NCBI GenBank assembly: GCA_038105035.1
Contig: JAYOBT010000004.1
Location: 1,803-65,802 of the forward strand
Direction of reading: 5' to 3'
DNA: 64,000 nt
Source of the DNA: Candidatus Poseidoniales archaeon
GTDB lineage: Archaea; Thermoplasmatota; Poseidoniia; Poseidoniales; Poseidoniaceae
The notes beneath the pieces are model-generated. The model ran no database searches. It was given only the letters and a program-made list of their open reading frames with translations, and was not told the DNA's origin. The position numbers and the translations under genes are program-made. Of the stretch, positions 56,201-63,168 are shown one piece after another; the stretch's first letter is position 1; each line of letters begins with the position of its first letter.

Positions 56201-56470
56201 CCTGCTCGCAAAACTCAAATTGCGAAGTCACCAGAGCCTGAACAAACTGAGGGCGCTCCACAAAAGAAGGTCCGACGTGCACGTATTGAAGTCGATATGT
56301 CCCTTTTCGAAGAATGGCAAGCTGACGATCGTGATGCGGCTGTAGAATGGGTTGTCAGTGAACTCGGCGAGGGTGAGCAAGAACGCACCCTCCTCATGCA
56401 ATTGCAAGGAACAGGCTGGTCCGCCCAACAATCCAGAGCCATTTACGATATGGCTCGAAACCAACAATAG
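50225..56470 (+). CDS. Giant (2081 aa) integrin-like surface protein with a 7x FG-GAP propeller, an Asp-box-like propeller region, TSP3 arrays, one TM helix and a 187-aa cytoplasmic tail
   Basis: Signal VLSLGLVLLLLVQLMAPLG. Seven FG-GAP-like repeats (for example FFGRSMSSGGDLNGDGYGDFVVSN). S-G-S-x-W-S-like motifs. Canonical and double-loop TSP3 repeats. TM helix VFGGVLAGGIVGLLLLTIVIG followed by RLRNRG. Confidence 0.85.
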   Translation: MRKERTLCKSVLSLGLVLLLLVQLMAPLGIQTMTEEPVLPEFSPVILTLPNNLEHGHDLAGQTIDVEGMTELLVRSDSSIDMWMSDVLVAESGNNLSTPSVYLAENGSSYSCWMNDLGEVRMGIYSATGVFSHSLIDTVSTSNGLIGCSVVADESYRPLALFGDGADLKMARLAFEGQVYSVDTWLKRTIVEDLYPESMTLRLTNEGTEFAVVRTSNGELWQVNNSGLRWYHSLLDTGPVGDEVELNMDEYGVANIAYTRSGEAVRLQVDGQQRTEQILARDTNLHTAIGLDLDLNGLAQIATTSFDSTQTELSIFKSLEDQSTGRLSSESMNVHALYPDVEEGAADYGDFNDDGFDDVVFTQPSASDSGLNQNGRVVVLFGGNESFDSSTPVVLSGTQSHERFGSGIAIGEFLGNGMTQLLLSSSGFDNSSRVAEKNHGLLSMYEWNQTQFDLVWSSSGNHEEMLGMDVSRIDDFNGDGYDDVIALQGNWSDETSTGRLSVFEGTSDGLQLSHNITANTTGPFFGRSMSSGGDLNGDGYGDFVVSNSGNEDSPTGYSAIEVFYGSLDGFSTTSDQSIQRLATGQLFGTVVEIIDDINNDGMDELLVQEFSPLGAPLYSGTVHMFMGNSSENFSETPDWTSQGEGNERFGWMFAPAGDVNDDGYADTFIGSGTSFTPSGQINLYLGSADGFAMAVETIRTGSPTDHLGLVTLGGFDSNADGAIEFVYSTRNATRGTTYGVDMITVSKQDFDTSQFTFQGEMSGLKLTTSNRGETAMMFSLNSSSSHSLVHLEHVDDGSPGGSWVTEILGTDSAPFQFQFDVTASGQPKLVTLENMSGYTHHTTTSWTSLHQEIRTFNDFGTYPASAIDANGNLHMVYSHPTIEKLYYSHETETGWASTEILSNANLSSSPSLWFDGGDMHILYRDSSLDRLERATKSGSSWSTATELGTGEAVGIEHVTLKVPSGPTLVATTVNNSSVHELQILDIDNDVSTPLTNFSDDASQLAMCIDTGNTAVLVSLDSSGVLVMHERNATTGSWSNVSMQELGASAGNDLSCTQHGSSLIFAVQSASDALYERNSTGHWSSFGGQPLSHAGGAWNLASNGPGVLLMTTTPTTDTLRINTLHLDGRSEDRSMWSSHEMKNVYTNANFSASVDTNGTVVVGYYDSLDFDVEMLRLYTDSDRDLIFDRIDAMPNLGEQWEDADMDGFGDNPTGPLSDDCPASSGISYFFVQGCDDYEHDGFADSIDGCDTNKGRSVFDRFGCPDYDEDGWSNNDGGWVNGDRFQQNWKQAKDSDGDGVGDNYGVDCCDAIFGLSGAVETSPGDKFPYNPRQYKDFDGDGFGDNESDTLTGDFCPWDYGTSYRDRNGCPDSDGDGASDANSIGGINWGIDQGADKWPDDPTQWADTDGDGYGDNGTIGATNPDFFPYNIAAADDNDSDGYPDRWTSLYDGTNGQGLILDGCPGVYGTSTNPTPGCPDSDDDGWANTDDDFPLDPTQFLDFDGDGFGDNASGNNADECPFQFGVVDGTDGVGCPLVNTDDDDGDGVYDEVDLCPDTPLFEIVDADGCADSQLDADVDGVSNADDICPETSEGSTVDSDGCSNEQLVQDSDDDGVYDIDDLCPDSTLAVDADGCDENQRDSDGDGVSDGVDLCPDTEAGFPVDSDGCVDEDALDQDLDGDGYLGDYTFDIDSETGLRINEVGDAFPLDGTQWADQDGDGFGDNPLGNNADFCPTENGTSYLDTLEIGCEDDGDGWADNWGRDKFPGDPTQWDDSDGDGYGDNWGDPTWNASRDSEWPGIFVESALSPDKCPDSPTTNVDDEGCSKSERDTDQDGVNDLLDNCPEQPKGPDGYDDGCPLPASEIDDSETMILGMTLPVFGGVLAGGIVGLLLLTIVIGRLRNRGYDFDDDDDDDEFFDDDDDEDDFFSSFQSKPMPSRSTPAPRSQPSSGGPSGGPPPSRGPSGPKRGPPGGSRAPSSGPPGRGPPGKTQPTPASSPARKTQIAKSPEPEQTEGAPQKKVRRARIEVDMSLFEEWQADDRDAAVEWVVSELGEGEQERTLLMQLQGTGWSAQQSRAIYDMARNQQ
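51255..52415 (+). repeat. Seven FG-GAP (integrin alpha beta-propeller) repeats
   Basis: The seven repeats are DFNDDGFDDVVF, ERFGSGIAIGEFLGNGMTQLLL, DDFNGDGYDDVIAL, FFGRS..DLNGDGYGDFVV, LFGTV..DDINNDGMDELLV, RFGWM..DVNDDGYADTFI and HLGLV..FDSNADGAIEFVY. Confidence 0.7.
53752..55790 (+). repeat. TSP3-type Ca-binding repeat region of the giant protein
   Basis: Contains both the double-loop module (DPTQWADTDGDGYGDN) and the canonical D-x-DGDGV-x-D-x-x-DLCPDT units. Boundaries are approximate. Confidence 0.7.
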
Positions 56471-56515
56471 AGCAGTAACAGCAACCTCAAAAACAACACG
56501 TGATTGGCGAAAATA

Positions 56516-56520
56516 GGAGG
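56516..56520 (+). promoter_or_regulatory. Shine-Dalgarno-like GGAGG, 7 nt upstream of ATG 56528
   Basis: Read directly from the sequence. Confidence 0.4.
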
Positions 56521-56527
56521 AAGTGAA

Positions 56528-58048
56528 ATGTCTGAAGGTGTACCTGAAGGAGCAACCCTCCCAGATGGTATTGAAGTCGATGATGCCGCGGCTTATTTCG
56601 GTGTTGTTGACTCATCTGACGTCCTTCAACAGATGATGGCGATGGATTCGAAACAGGCGCTCTCAAAGGCGCTTGAGCACCTAGCTGACATTATTTTGCG
56701 TCCTGGAGAATTCGATTTTGAAGCTGCAAGCGAACGCTTGCAATGCGAAGGTGGTGAGATTTACTTCTTGATTTTTGGACATCTCAACCTCATGGCCCTT
56801 CCTGATCCCTTGCTCCAATTTGCAGGCCAACCCGATTCGACAGGTTCAGCCAATTCAGCGCATCCACTCGCCACTGCAGACGTCGTCCAAGCACTCAGTC
56901 CTCTGTTCGATCCGATGCAATTCCTCAAAATTCTCGCTATTGCTCACGCAACAGGCGGAACCACAGAAGTCGAGCGTTACCTTCAGTCGATAGAAGGCGT
57001 TATGGCAGCTCCTTCTGACAATGTTGAGAAGATGCAGACGATGGCTGAAGAGCTCAAATCCTCCCTTGATGTGGCTGGACATGCTCTACCTATGCCGCTT
57101 TTCGCAAGCGATCAAGCACAACCTGCTGAAATCGAAATGGGCACAATCATCGAGCGGAGAGAACCAGAACCTGCACCGGACCCCGTTGCGTCAGCACCTG
57201 AGGTCGTTTCAGAACCAGAACCAACGCCTGAGGTCGTGACTTCTGAACTAGAACCTGAATCTGTACCTCTGCCCTCTGCCTCCGTACCTCTTCCAACTGC
57301 TGATTCTGTCCCATTACCGAGTCAGGAAGAGCCTGTTGAAGAGGAGGCTGGATTCAAGAACGAAGTCGAGGTCGACCACGCAGCACAGGACGCTTTTGCT
57401 GGTGCATTTGGATCACAACTTGTTCCAGAGCCAGAGGTCGTTCCAGAGCCCGTAGCAGAAGTCGTTCCAGAGCCAGTTGAACCCGTTGTTAGCGAGCCCG
57501 AACCCGAACCGGTTGTTGAAGAACAACCAGAGGAGGAATGGGTCAGTGATGCTGAACGATTCATCGCTGCAGATGTTGATGATTCAGGGAGTCTTTCAGT
57601 CGAAGAACTCGCCGTTGCTGCGAACGTAACCATCGAAGAAGCAGAAGAGTTGCACACTGCAGCAGATACAGATGGAGATGGTGAAGTTTCACTCTCCGAG
57701 TTTGTATCTTCTGAGGCTGCACAACAGATGTCATCACTGCCCCGTCCAGTTGCTCCAGTCCGCAAACCAATACAGTCTCAGCAACCTGCTCAACAACAGC
57801 CTCAGCAACAACAACCTGTTCGCCAGCAACCAGTATCTCCTGGTGTCGCCGCCCCTCAGATGGGTTGGCAACAACCGCTTCCGCAACAACAACCCATGCA
57901 ACAGCCGATGATGCCTCAACAACCGGTCATGAACATTCAACCGACCATTCGTTCAGGAATCCATTGCCGAGGATGTGGTATTGGCCTCGATCCAAACTGG
58001 CGGTTCTGTCCCATTTGTGGGAACATGAACATGAGTGCGCATCGCTAA
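56528..58048 (+). CDS. Cytoplasmic protein with an unknown N-domain, a PE-rich linker, a canonical EF-hand pair, a P/Q-rich low-complexity region and a C-terminal zinc ribbon
   Basis: EF loops DVDDSGSLSVEE and DTDGDGEVSLSE at 57572..57700. QQPAQQQPQQQQPVRQQP... region. CRGCGIGLDPNWRFCPICG at 57965..58018. Confidence 0.7.
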   Translation: MSEGVPEGATLPDGIEVDDAAAYFGVVDSSDVLQQMMAMDSKQALSKALEHLADIILRPGEFDFEAASERLQCEGGEIYFLIFGHLNLMALPDPLLQFAGQPDSTGSANSAHPLATADVVQALSPLFDPMQFLKILAIAHATGGTTEVERYLQSIEGVMAAPSDNVEKMQTMAEELKSSLDVAGHALPMPLFASDQAQPAEIEMGTIIERREPEPAPDPVASAPEVVSEPEPTPEVVTSELEPESVPLPSASVPLPTADSVPLPSQEEPVEEEAGFKNEVEVDHAAQDAFAGAFGSQLVPEPEVVPEPVAEVVPEPVEPVVSEPEPEPVVEEQPEEEWVSDAERFIAADVDDSGSLSVEELAVAANVTIEEAEELHTAADTDGDGEVSLSEFVSSEAAQQMSSLPRPVAPVRKPIQSQQPAQQQPQQQQPVRQQPVSPGVAAPQMGWQQPLPQQQPMQQPMMPQQPVMNIQPTIRSGIHCRGCGIGLDPNWRFCPICGNMNMSAHR

Positions 58049-59175
58049 TTTTCATTTGCCATGAATTCGCCTGCTTCGGTCAAACACGAGTCATCCAACC
58101 ACACGCTCGGCTCTGCGAGTACACCAGAAACGTGTATGCCTGCATTTGATGTTCCACCAAGGCGGGTGTTGTCTCCGATGGAAAAGTAGCAGCCGCCCAT
58201 ACGTTTCTCATCTTCGAGAACATTTCCGACAAGTCGAGCACTTGGGTTCATTCCAAATCCAAATTCGGCAACCGTCCAAACGCTTTCTCGGTCCTTTGCT
58301 TTGAGTTTCTTTGCAACTTCTCCATACGATTGACGGATGGTTGCAGCAAGACTTCCACCTTTGACATCAACAACGGTTCCATCCTCGACAATGAGCTCTA
58401 CAGGCTCGTCGATTAGGGTTGAATCCCAAGACCCATCGATAACAATGGTTCCATTCATTGATCCTTCTTTTGGTAAAATGAACACCTTACCGGCGGGAAG
58501 GTTGGTCAACATTCGTGGCCGATTGCATATACCATTGTCATCGAGTTTCCAATCCCTCCAATTGACCTCAAAGGTAACATCGGTTCCAGATTCGGATTTA
58601 ACATTGATAATTCGTCGTCGCCTCAGGAAATTTGCAATGTTGGAAATACGACGCTTGACCTCTTGAAAATCAGCCGTCATTCCACCTTCCGTGTACAATT
58701 CGAAGCTCATGCCTGGCATTGTAGCAATACGTGCGCCGTCCTTCAATGCTTGACGTGCGGCTCTTGTGTGGGTAAGCGAATATTTTGTTGCTGCAATGAC
58801 AACTTGTTGTTGTCGCATCAGTGCTGCAACAGGTGATGGGGGCTCTTCACCGTGATGTCGAGATTTTGGCATGACAATCAAGAGAACTCGATCCGACCGT
58901 TTCTGTGTTGCAATGTGCAACGACTGACCGATTTCAGCCGTCGTCGGGTCGCATACGATGAGAACGTTTTCTCCACGTCGAATGTCCATACATGTTTGAA
59001 CAACCATGTCCGAAATAGCATGCAGCCTTTCTTCATCGGTTGAAGGTTCTGGGAGACGTTCCGTAGGTTGCAAATTCTCAAATGACTCTGCATTGAGAAG
59101 AGCGTTGATGTCTTCATCTTCATCGTTCTTACTCACCTTCTCATCCTTGTCTTTTCGACGGAATGGAAGGACCAT
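58045..59175 (-). CDS. M29-family (aminopeptidase T/S-like) aminopeptidase with a charged N-terminal extension
   Basis: RRGENVLIVCD, a beta-rich middle region, and EFGFGMNPSARLVGNVLEDEKRMGGCYFSIGDN...GIHVSGVL. The long ORF to 59355 would overlap the divergent M32 gene, so ATG 59175 is chosen. Confidence 0.7.
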   Translation of the reverse strand: MVLPFRRKDKDEKVSKNDEDEDINALLNAESFENLQPTERLPEPSTDEERLHAISDMVVQTCMDIRRGENVLIVCDPTTAEIGQSLHIATQKRSDRVLLIVMPKSRHHGEEPPSPVAALMRQQQVVIAATKYSLTHTRAARQALKDGARIATMPGMSFELYTEGGMTADFQEVKRRISNIANFLRRRRIINVKSESGTDVTFEVNWRDWKLDDNGICNRPRMLTNLPAGKVFILPKEGSMNGTIVIDGSWDSTLIDEPVELIVEDGTVVDVKGGSLAATIRQSYGEVAKKLKAKDRESVWTVAEFGFGMNPSARLVGNVLEDEKRMGGCYFSIGDNTRLGGTSNAGIHVSGVLAEPSVWLDDSCLTEAGEFMANEN

Positions 59176-59271
59176 GGTATCCCATACACTCATCCATATT
59201 GAATGTGTGGCTACAAGAGAGCAAAGAGAACGATACGAGTCTTGATGAAGAACCAATGCTGACGCCAAGAC

Positions 59272-60768
59272 ATGAGCGACAAAGTATCCTTCCTGAGCCG
59301 CGTTCAAGACATTCATCGAATCGGTAGCATTCAAGGGCATCTTGGATGGGACCAAGAAACCCTTATGCCAGAGAAAGGGGCCAAATCACGTGGCGAAATC
59401 ATGGCTTGGCTTGCCGCCTTGGCCCATGAAAAAGTCACAGATTCTGAGATGGGAGCGTTGCTTGGACGACTCGAAGGGCGAGACGATCTTGATGAGAGCG
59501 AGCAAGCCAATGTTCGGGAATTCAGGAAACGCTATGACAAAGCGACCAAACTTTCTGCAGAGTTTGTCTCAACATTTGCGCAAGCTCGTAGTGAAGCTTT
59601 GGTCGCTTGGCAAAAAGCACGAAAAGATGCTGATTTTGCTGCCTTCCTGCCACATTTACAGACCCTTGTTGATTTGACTCGAAAGAAAATAGACGCTTAT
59701 GGTTACGAGAATACACCATACGATGCGCTTCTCGACGAATACGAATCAGGAATGACTGTTGAGGATTATGATCCACTGTTTGAAGGCCTACGAAACCGTC
59801 TGGTTCCATTGCTCAAGCGAATCCTTGAGGCAAAGAAGTCAGACCCAGACCCAACATTGCCAGAAGGGTTGACGTTCCCTGTGGATAAGCAAGAAGCATT
59901 CTGCACCAAGGTGAGCGAGCGAATGGGGTTCGATTTCGCTGCTGGCCGAATGGATGCTTCAACGCATCCGTTTTCTGCTGGAATCTGGCCGGGCGATACG
60001 CGCTTTACTACACGCTACGATGAATTCGATCCGTTCTCATGTCTCTACGCGGTCATGCATGAAACAGGGCATGCCCTTTACGAGCAAGGGTTGGATGAAA
60101 ACCATCGGTTCACGCCTCGAGGGGATGCTGTTTCTCTTGGCGTCCACGAATCCCAATCTCGATTGTGGGAAAACCAAATTGGTCGAACACCAGAATTTTG
60201 GAACGTAGTCATGGATGAATTCCAAGAATCGTTCCCTGAGGCTCCATCGTGGGATTCATCCACGCTCAATCGCATTGCAAATGCAGTTGAACCAGGTTTC
60301 ATCCGTGTTGAGGCAGATGAAGTGACTTACAATCTTCACGTTATGTTGCGGTATGAAATTGAAAAGAAAATCTTCAACGAGAATTATCCGCTTGAACAAC
60401 TTCCTGAGCTTTGGAATTCGATGATTTCTGATTGGTTTGGACTCACCGTTCCATCCGATGATTTGGGGTGCTTGCAGGATATTCATTGGTCGATGGCAGC
60501 ATTTGGTTACTTCCCAACCTACACACTCGGAAATTTGTATGCTGCTCAATTGTTGGATGCGATGAGCAACGATCTCGGCTCTATCCAAGATTCGATTGCT
60601 TCAGGAGATTGGTCTTCAATGCTCAAATGGTTGCGAGAGCGAGTGCACAAGCGTGGAAGTGCTCTTCTTCCTGCTGATTTGATTGAAGAGGCCACAGGGT
60701 CTCCCCCTTCAAGCGAACCATTCCTACGATACGTTGAGGAAAAGTACGGGGCGATTTATTCACTCTGA
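59272..60768 (+). CDS. Carboxypeptidase Taq family (M32) metallocarboxypeptidase
   Basis: HETGHALYEQG (HExxH), HESQSRLWEN and IRVEADEVTYNLH signatures. Confidence 0.92.
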   Translation: MSDKVSFLSRVQDIHRIGSIQGHLGWDQETLMPEKGAKSRGEIMAWLAALAHEKVTDSEMGALLGRLEGRDDLDESEQANVREFRKRYDKATKLSAEFVSTFAQARSEALVAWQKARKDADFAAFLPHLQTLVDLTRKKIDAYGYENTPYDALLDEYESGMTVEDYDPLFEGLRNRLVPLLKRILEAKKSDPDPTLPEGLTFPVDKQEAFCTKVSERMGFDFAAGRMDASTHPFSAGIWPGDTRFTTRYDEFDPFSCLYAVMHETGHALYEQGLDENHRFTPRGDAVSLGVHESQSRLWENQIGRTPEFWNVVMDEFQESFPEAPSWDSSTLNRIANAVEPGFIRVEADEVTYNLHVMLRYEIEKKIFNENYPLEQLPELWNSMISDWFGLTVPSDDLGCLQDIHWSMAAFGYFPTYTLGNLYAAQLLDAMSNDLGSIQDSIASGDWSSMLKWLRERVHKRGSALLPADLIEEATGSPPSSEPFLRYVEEKYGAIYSL

Positions 60769-61092
60769 TTCATCGGATACATCATCCGATTTCCCAGAAC
60801 CAACAAGTCTGTTGATGCGTTCGGTTAATTCCATGATAGCGTCGTTCAAGTCGTTGCTCCGATCGTCCTCATGCCCAGTTCCAAAAGTTGTCCCAAGCAA
60901 TGTAATCATAGCTCCAGACAGCATCATCACTGCCGGCCAGTAGATGTCTTCGGCGACCATGCCATCGGTCGCGACCATTCCACCCCAGATTGCACCTGAA
61001 ATGAAAATAATCAACCCAATCATCATTTGTTGGTATCCTTGTCCTAGTTGTTCTTCTACGCTACTCATGTTTCCCAGCGGGAAATTCATCAT
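60760..61092 (-). CDS. Small hypothetical membrane protein (2 helices + acidic tail)
   Basis: Helices MMIGLIIFISGAIWGGMVA and WPAVMMLSGAMITLLGTTF. 9-nt convergent overlap with the M32 gene. Confidence 0.4.
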   Translation of the reverse strand: MMNFPLGNMSSVEEQLGQGYQQMMIGLIIFISGAIWGGMVATDGMVAEDIYWPAVMMLSGAMITLLGTTFGTGHEDDRSNDLNDAIMELTERINRLVGSGKSDDVSDESE

Positions 61093-61131
61093 CGAGTATT
61101 TAATTACGGTTCCAAAATTTCCTCAATTTGA

Positions 61132-62532
61132 TTAATTCCAAGGGGTCATGAGCAGAGGCGAACCAGTTTCACCCTCTTCGACCAATATCGAACCTTTCGG
61201 GCCAGTTGCCTCGTTTCGTTCAAACACTGGAACGCCGCCAACAACAGTGAGTGTTGGCCATCCAACGAGTTTCATCCCATGGAACGGGCTCCAGCCAACG
61301 GTTGTCCAGGTATTGGCATCGTCGACCATGCGTTCTGTTGTCATATCAACAAGGGCAATGTCACCATCGTATCCTTCCTCGAGACGGCCCTTTCCAATCA
61401 TTCCATAACATTCTGCAACGTTGAACGACATCCACTTGACAACTTGCTCAATGGTACATGCACCTCTTGAGGCATGTGTTAACATGACGGGGAGTGACGT
61501 TTCAACACCAGGCATTCCACTTGGAGCAGAAGGGAATCCCTTTGCTTTGGTTTCGAGGGTATGTGGAGCGTGATCGGTAGCGATGCATGTGATGGTTCCA
61601 TCGTGCAGCCGATTCCATAAGGTCTGCTTGTCTTTCTGATAGCGGATTGGGGGATTCATCTTCAATCGTGTTCCAAGACGCTCCACATCGCGCTCATCGT
61701 AGGTCAAATGTTGCGGTAATGCTTCGGTCGTGATGTGTGCATCCTCTCCGTTTCCATACAACGATGTGATGCCATTGAGCCAGTCGGCCTCAATGCCGGA
61801 TGTTAGGTGAAGAATGTGCAAACGATGACCGGTAGCCTGTGCGTATGCTACAGCACGCTTCGTAGCAATCATCGCCGTTTCATCATCGCGCCATTCAGCA
61901 TGAGCTGCCATATCGGTTCGTCCTTCAATCATCTTTTTTCGCTCAATCATACGTGTTTCATCCTCAGCATGAACAGCAATAAGACCAGCCGTATTGGTGA
62001 AAATTTCATGCAATGCATCAGAATCGTTGACGAGTAGATCGCCAGTCGATGAGCCCATGAAAATCTTGATTCCACAAATTCCTGGAATAGCAATCGGTGA
62101 TTCAGGAGGTCCAACTGCTTTCTTCAATTCTTCAACGTTTGATTCCGTTGCCCCTATGAAGAACCCAAAGTTCGTGACACACCGTCGATTTCCTGTGGCG
62201 ATCTTCTCATGCATCGATTCAAGCGTTGTTTGACTAGGGACGTTGTTAGGCATGTCAAGGAACGAGGTGATTCCCCCACTCGCAGCAGCACAGGAACCGG
62301 TGTAGAGGTCTTCTTTCTCTGGTTGACCCGGATCTCTAAAATGGACTTGCGGGTCAATCAAACCTGGAAGAAGATGAAGTCCAGTTGCATCAATGGCTCG
62401 CACACCTTCCTCTGCGACCAAACCTCCTCCAGGTCGTATGGTCGAGATAATCCCGTCTTCGATGAGTAAATCACCAACAACAGTGGTTTCAGGCAAAAGC
62501 ATCGTAGCATTTTGAATCAGCAGGTTGGACAT
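61132..62532 (-). CDS. pyrC: Dihydroorotase (cyclic amidohydrolase superfamily)
   Basis: LPGLIDPQVHFRDPG...GGITSFLDMPN, with metal ligands H-x-H, AVHAED, HILHLTS and ATDHAPH. Start at ATG 62532 (MSNLLIQNA). Confidence 0.85.
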   Translation of the reverse strand: MSNLLIQNATMLLPETTVVGDLLIEDGIISTIRPGGGLVAEEGVRAIDATGLHLLPGLIDPQVHFRDPGQPEKEDLYTGSCAAASGGITSFLDMPNNVPSQTTLESMHEKIATGNRRCVTNFGFFIGATESNVEELKKAVGPPESPIAIPGICGIKIFMGSSTGDLLVNDSDALHEIFTNTAGLIAVHAEDETRMIERKKMIEGRTDMAAHAEWRDDETAMIATKRAVAYAQATGHRLHILHLTSGIEADWLNGITSLYGNGEDAHITTEALPQHLTYDERDVERLGTRLKMNPPIRYQKDKQTLWNRLHDGTITCIATDHAPHTLETKAKGFPSAPSGMPGVETSLPVMLTHASRGACTIEQVVKWMSFNVAECYGMIGKGRLEEGYDGDIALVDMTTERMVDDANTWTTVGWSPFHGMKLVGWPTLTVVGGVPVFERNEATGPKGSILVEEGETGSPLLMTPWN

Positions 62533-62574
62533 CTTCAATCGGTTCTTCCTTGTGAAACAAGTCAATGAATGCTC

Positions 62575-63159
62575 TCATCGGCGCTTTGCGTTTTTTGGAC
62601 GAAAAGCGTTGCATATCTCATCGTTGCAATCGATGTAGGGTCCTCCAATCAAATCCACACAATATGGAACCGCTTTCCAGATTTCATCAATGGTCTCACG
62701 AATCGATTTTGGTCGTCCTGGAAGATTGAAGATGAGACATGAACCTCGAATCCCTGCAGTTTGGCGAGATAATATGGCAGTTGGTGTGTACTGTAGCGAA
62801 ATGGCCCGCATCTGTTCTCCAAATCCGGGCATGATTCGTTCAACAACACGCTCGGTTGCTTCAGGTGTCACATCACGCTCAGCAGGCCCTGTGCCCCCAG
62901 TGGTTACAATGACATGGCACCCTACGTCGTCGGCGAGTTCAATCATGGTGGATTCGATGCGTTCCTGCGCATCAGGTATGCACCGGTAATGGACGTCCAA
63001 TGGTGATTGAATCGCCTCAGTAAGAAACTGAAGAATTGCCGGTCCTCCTTCATCTTGATATTCGTTGGAAGAAGCACGGTCAGAGGCGACGAGAATCCCG
63101 ATAACTGCTTTTTCTCCTACTGAATCTAGATGCCCGTCAATGGAGGTAAATGCGTCCAT
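62575..63159 (-). CDS. mogA: Molybdopterin adenylyltransferase MogA
   Basis: Collinear with E. coli MogA: ASDRASSNEYQDEGGPA, TTGGTGPAERDVTPEAT, MPGFGEQMR, PTAILSRQ, NLPGRPKSIRET, FRPK. Confidence 0.88.
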   Translation of the reverse strand: MDAFTSIDGHLDSVGEKAVIGILVASDRASSNEYQDEGGPAILQFLTEAIQSPLDVHYRCIPDAQERIESTMIELADDVGCHVIVTTGGTGPAERDVTPEATERVVERIMPGFGEQMRAISLQYTPTAILSRQTAGIRGSCLIFNLPGRPKSIRETIDEIWKAVPYCVDLIGGPYIDCNDEICNAFRPKNAKRR

Positions 63160-63168
63160 AACAAGACC

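Noticed and set aside
59176-59355. The 5' extension of the M29 aminopeptidase ORF, which overlaps the start of the M32 carboxypeptidase gene.
   Set aside because: It would overlap the conserved N-terminus of the divergent gene. The ATG at 59175 is preferred.
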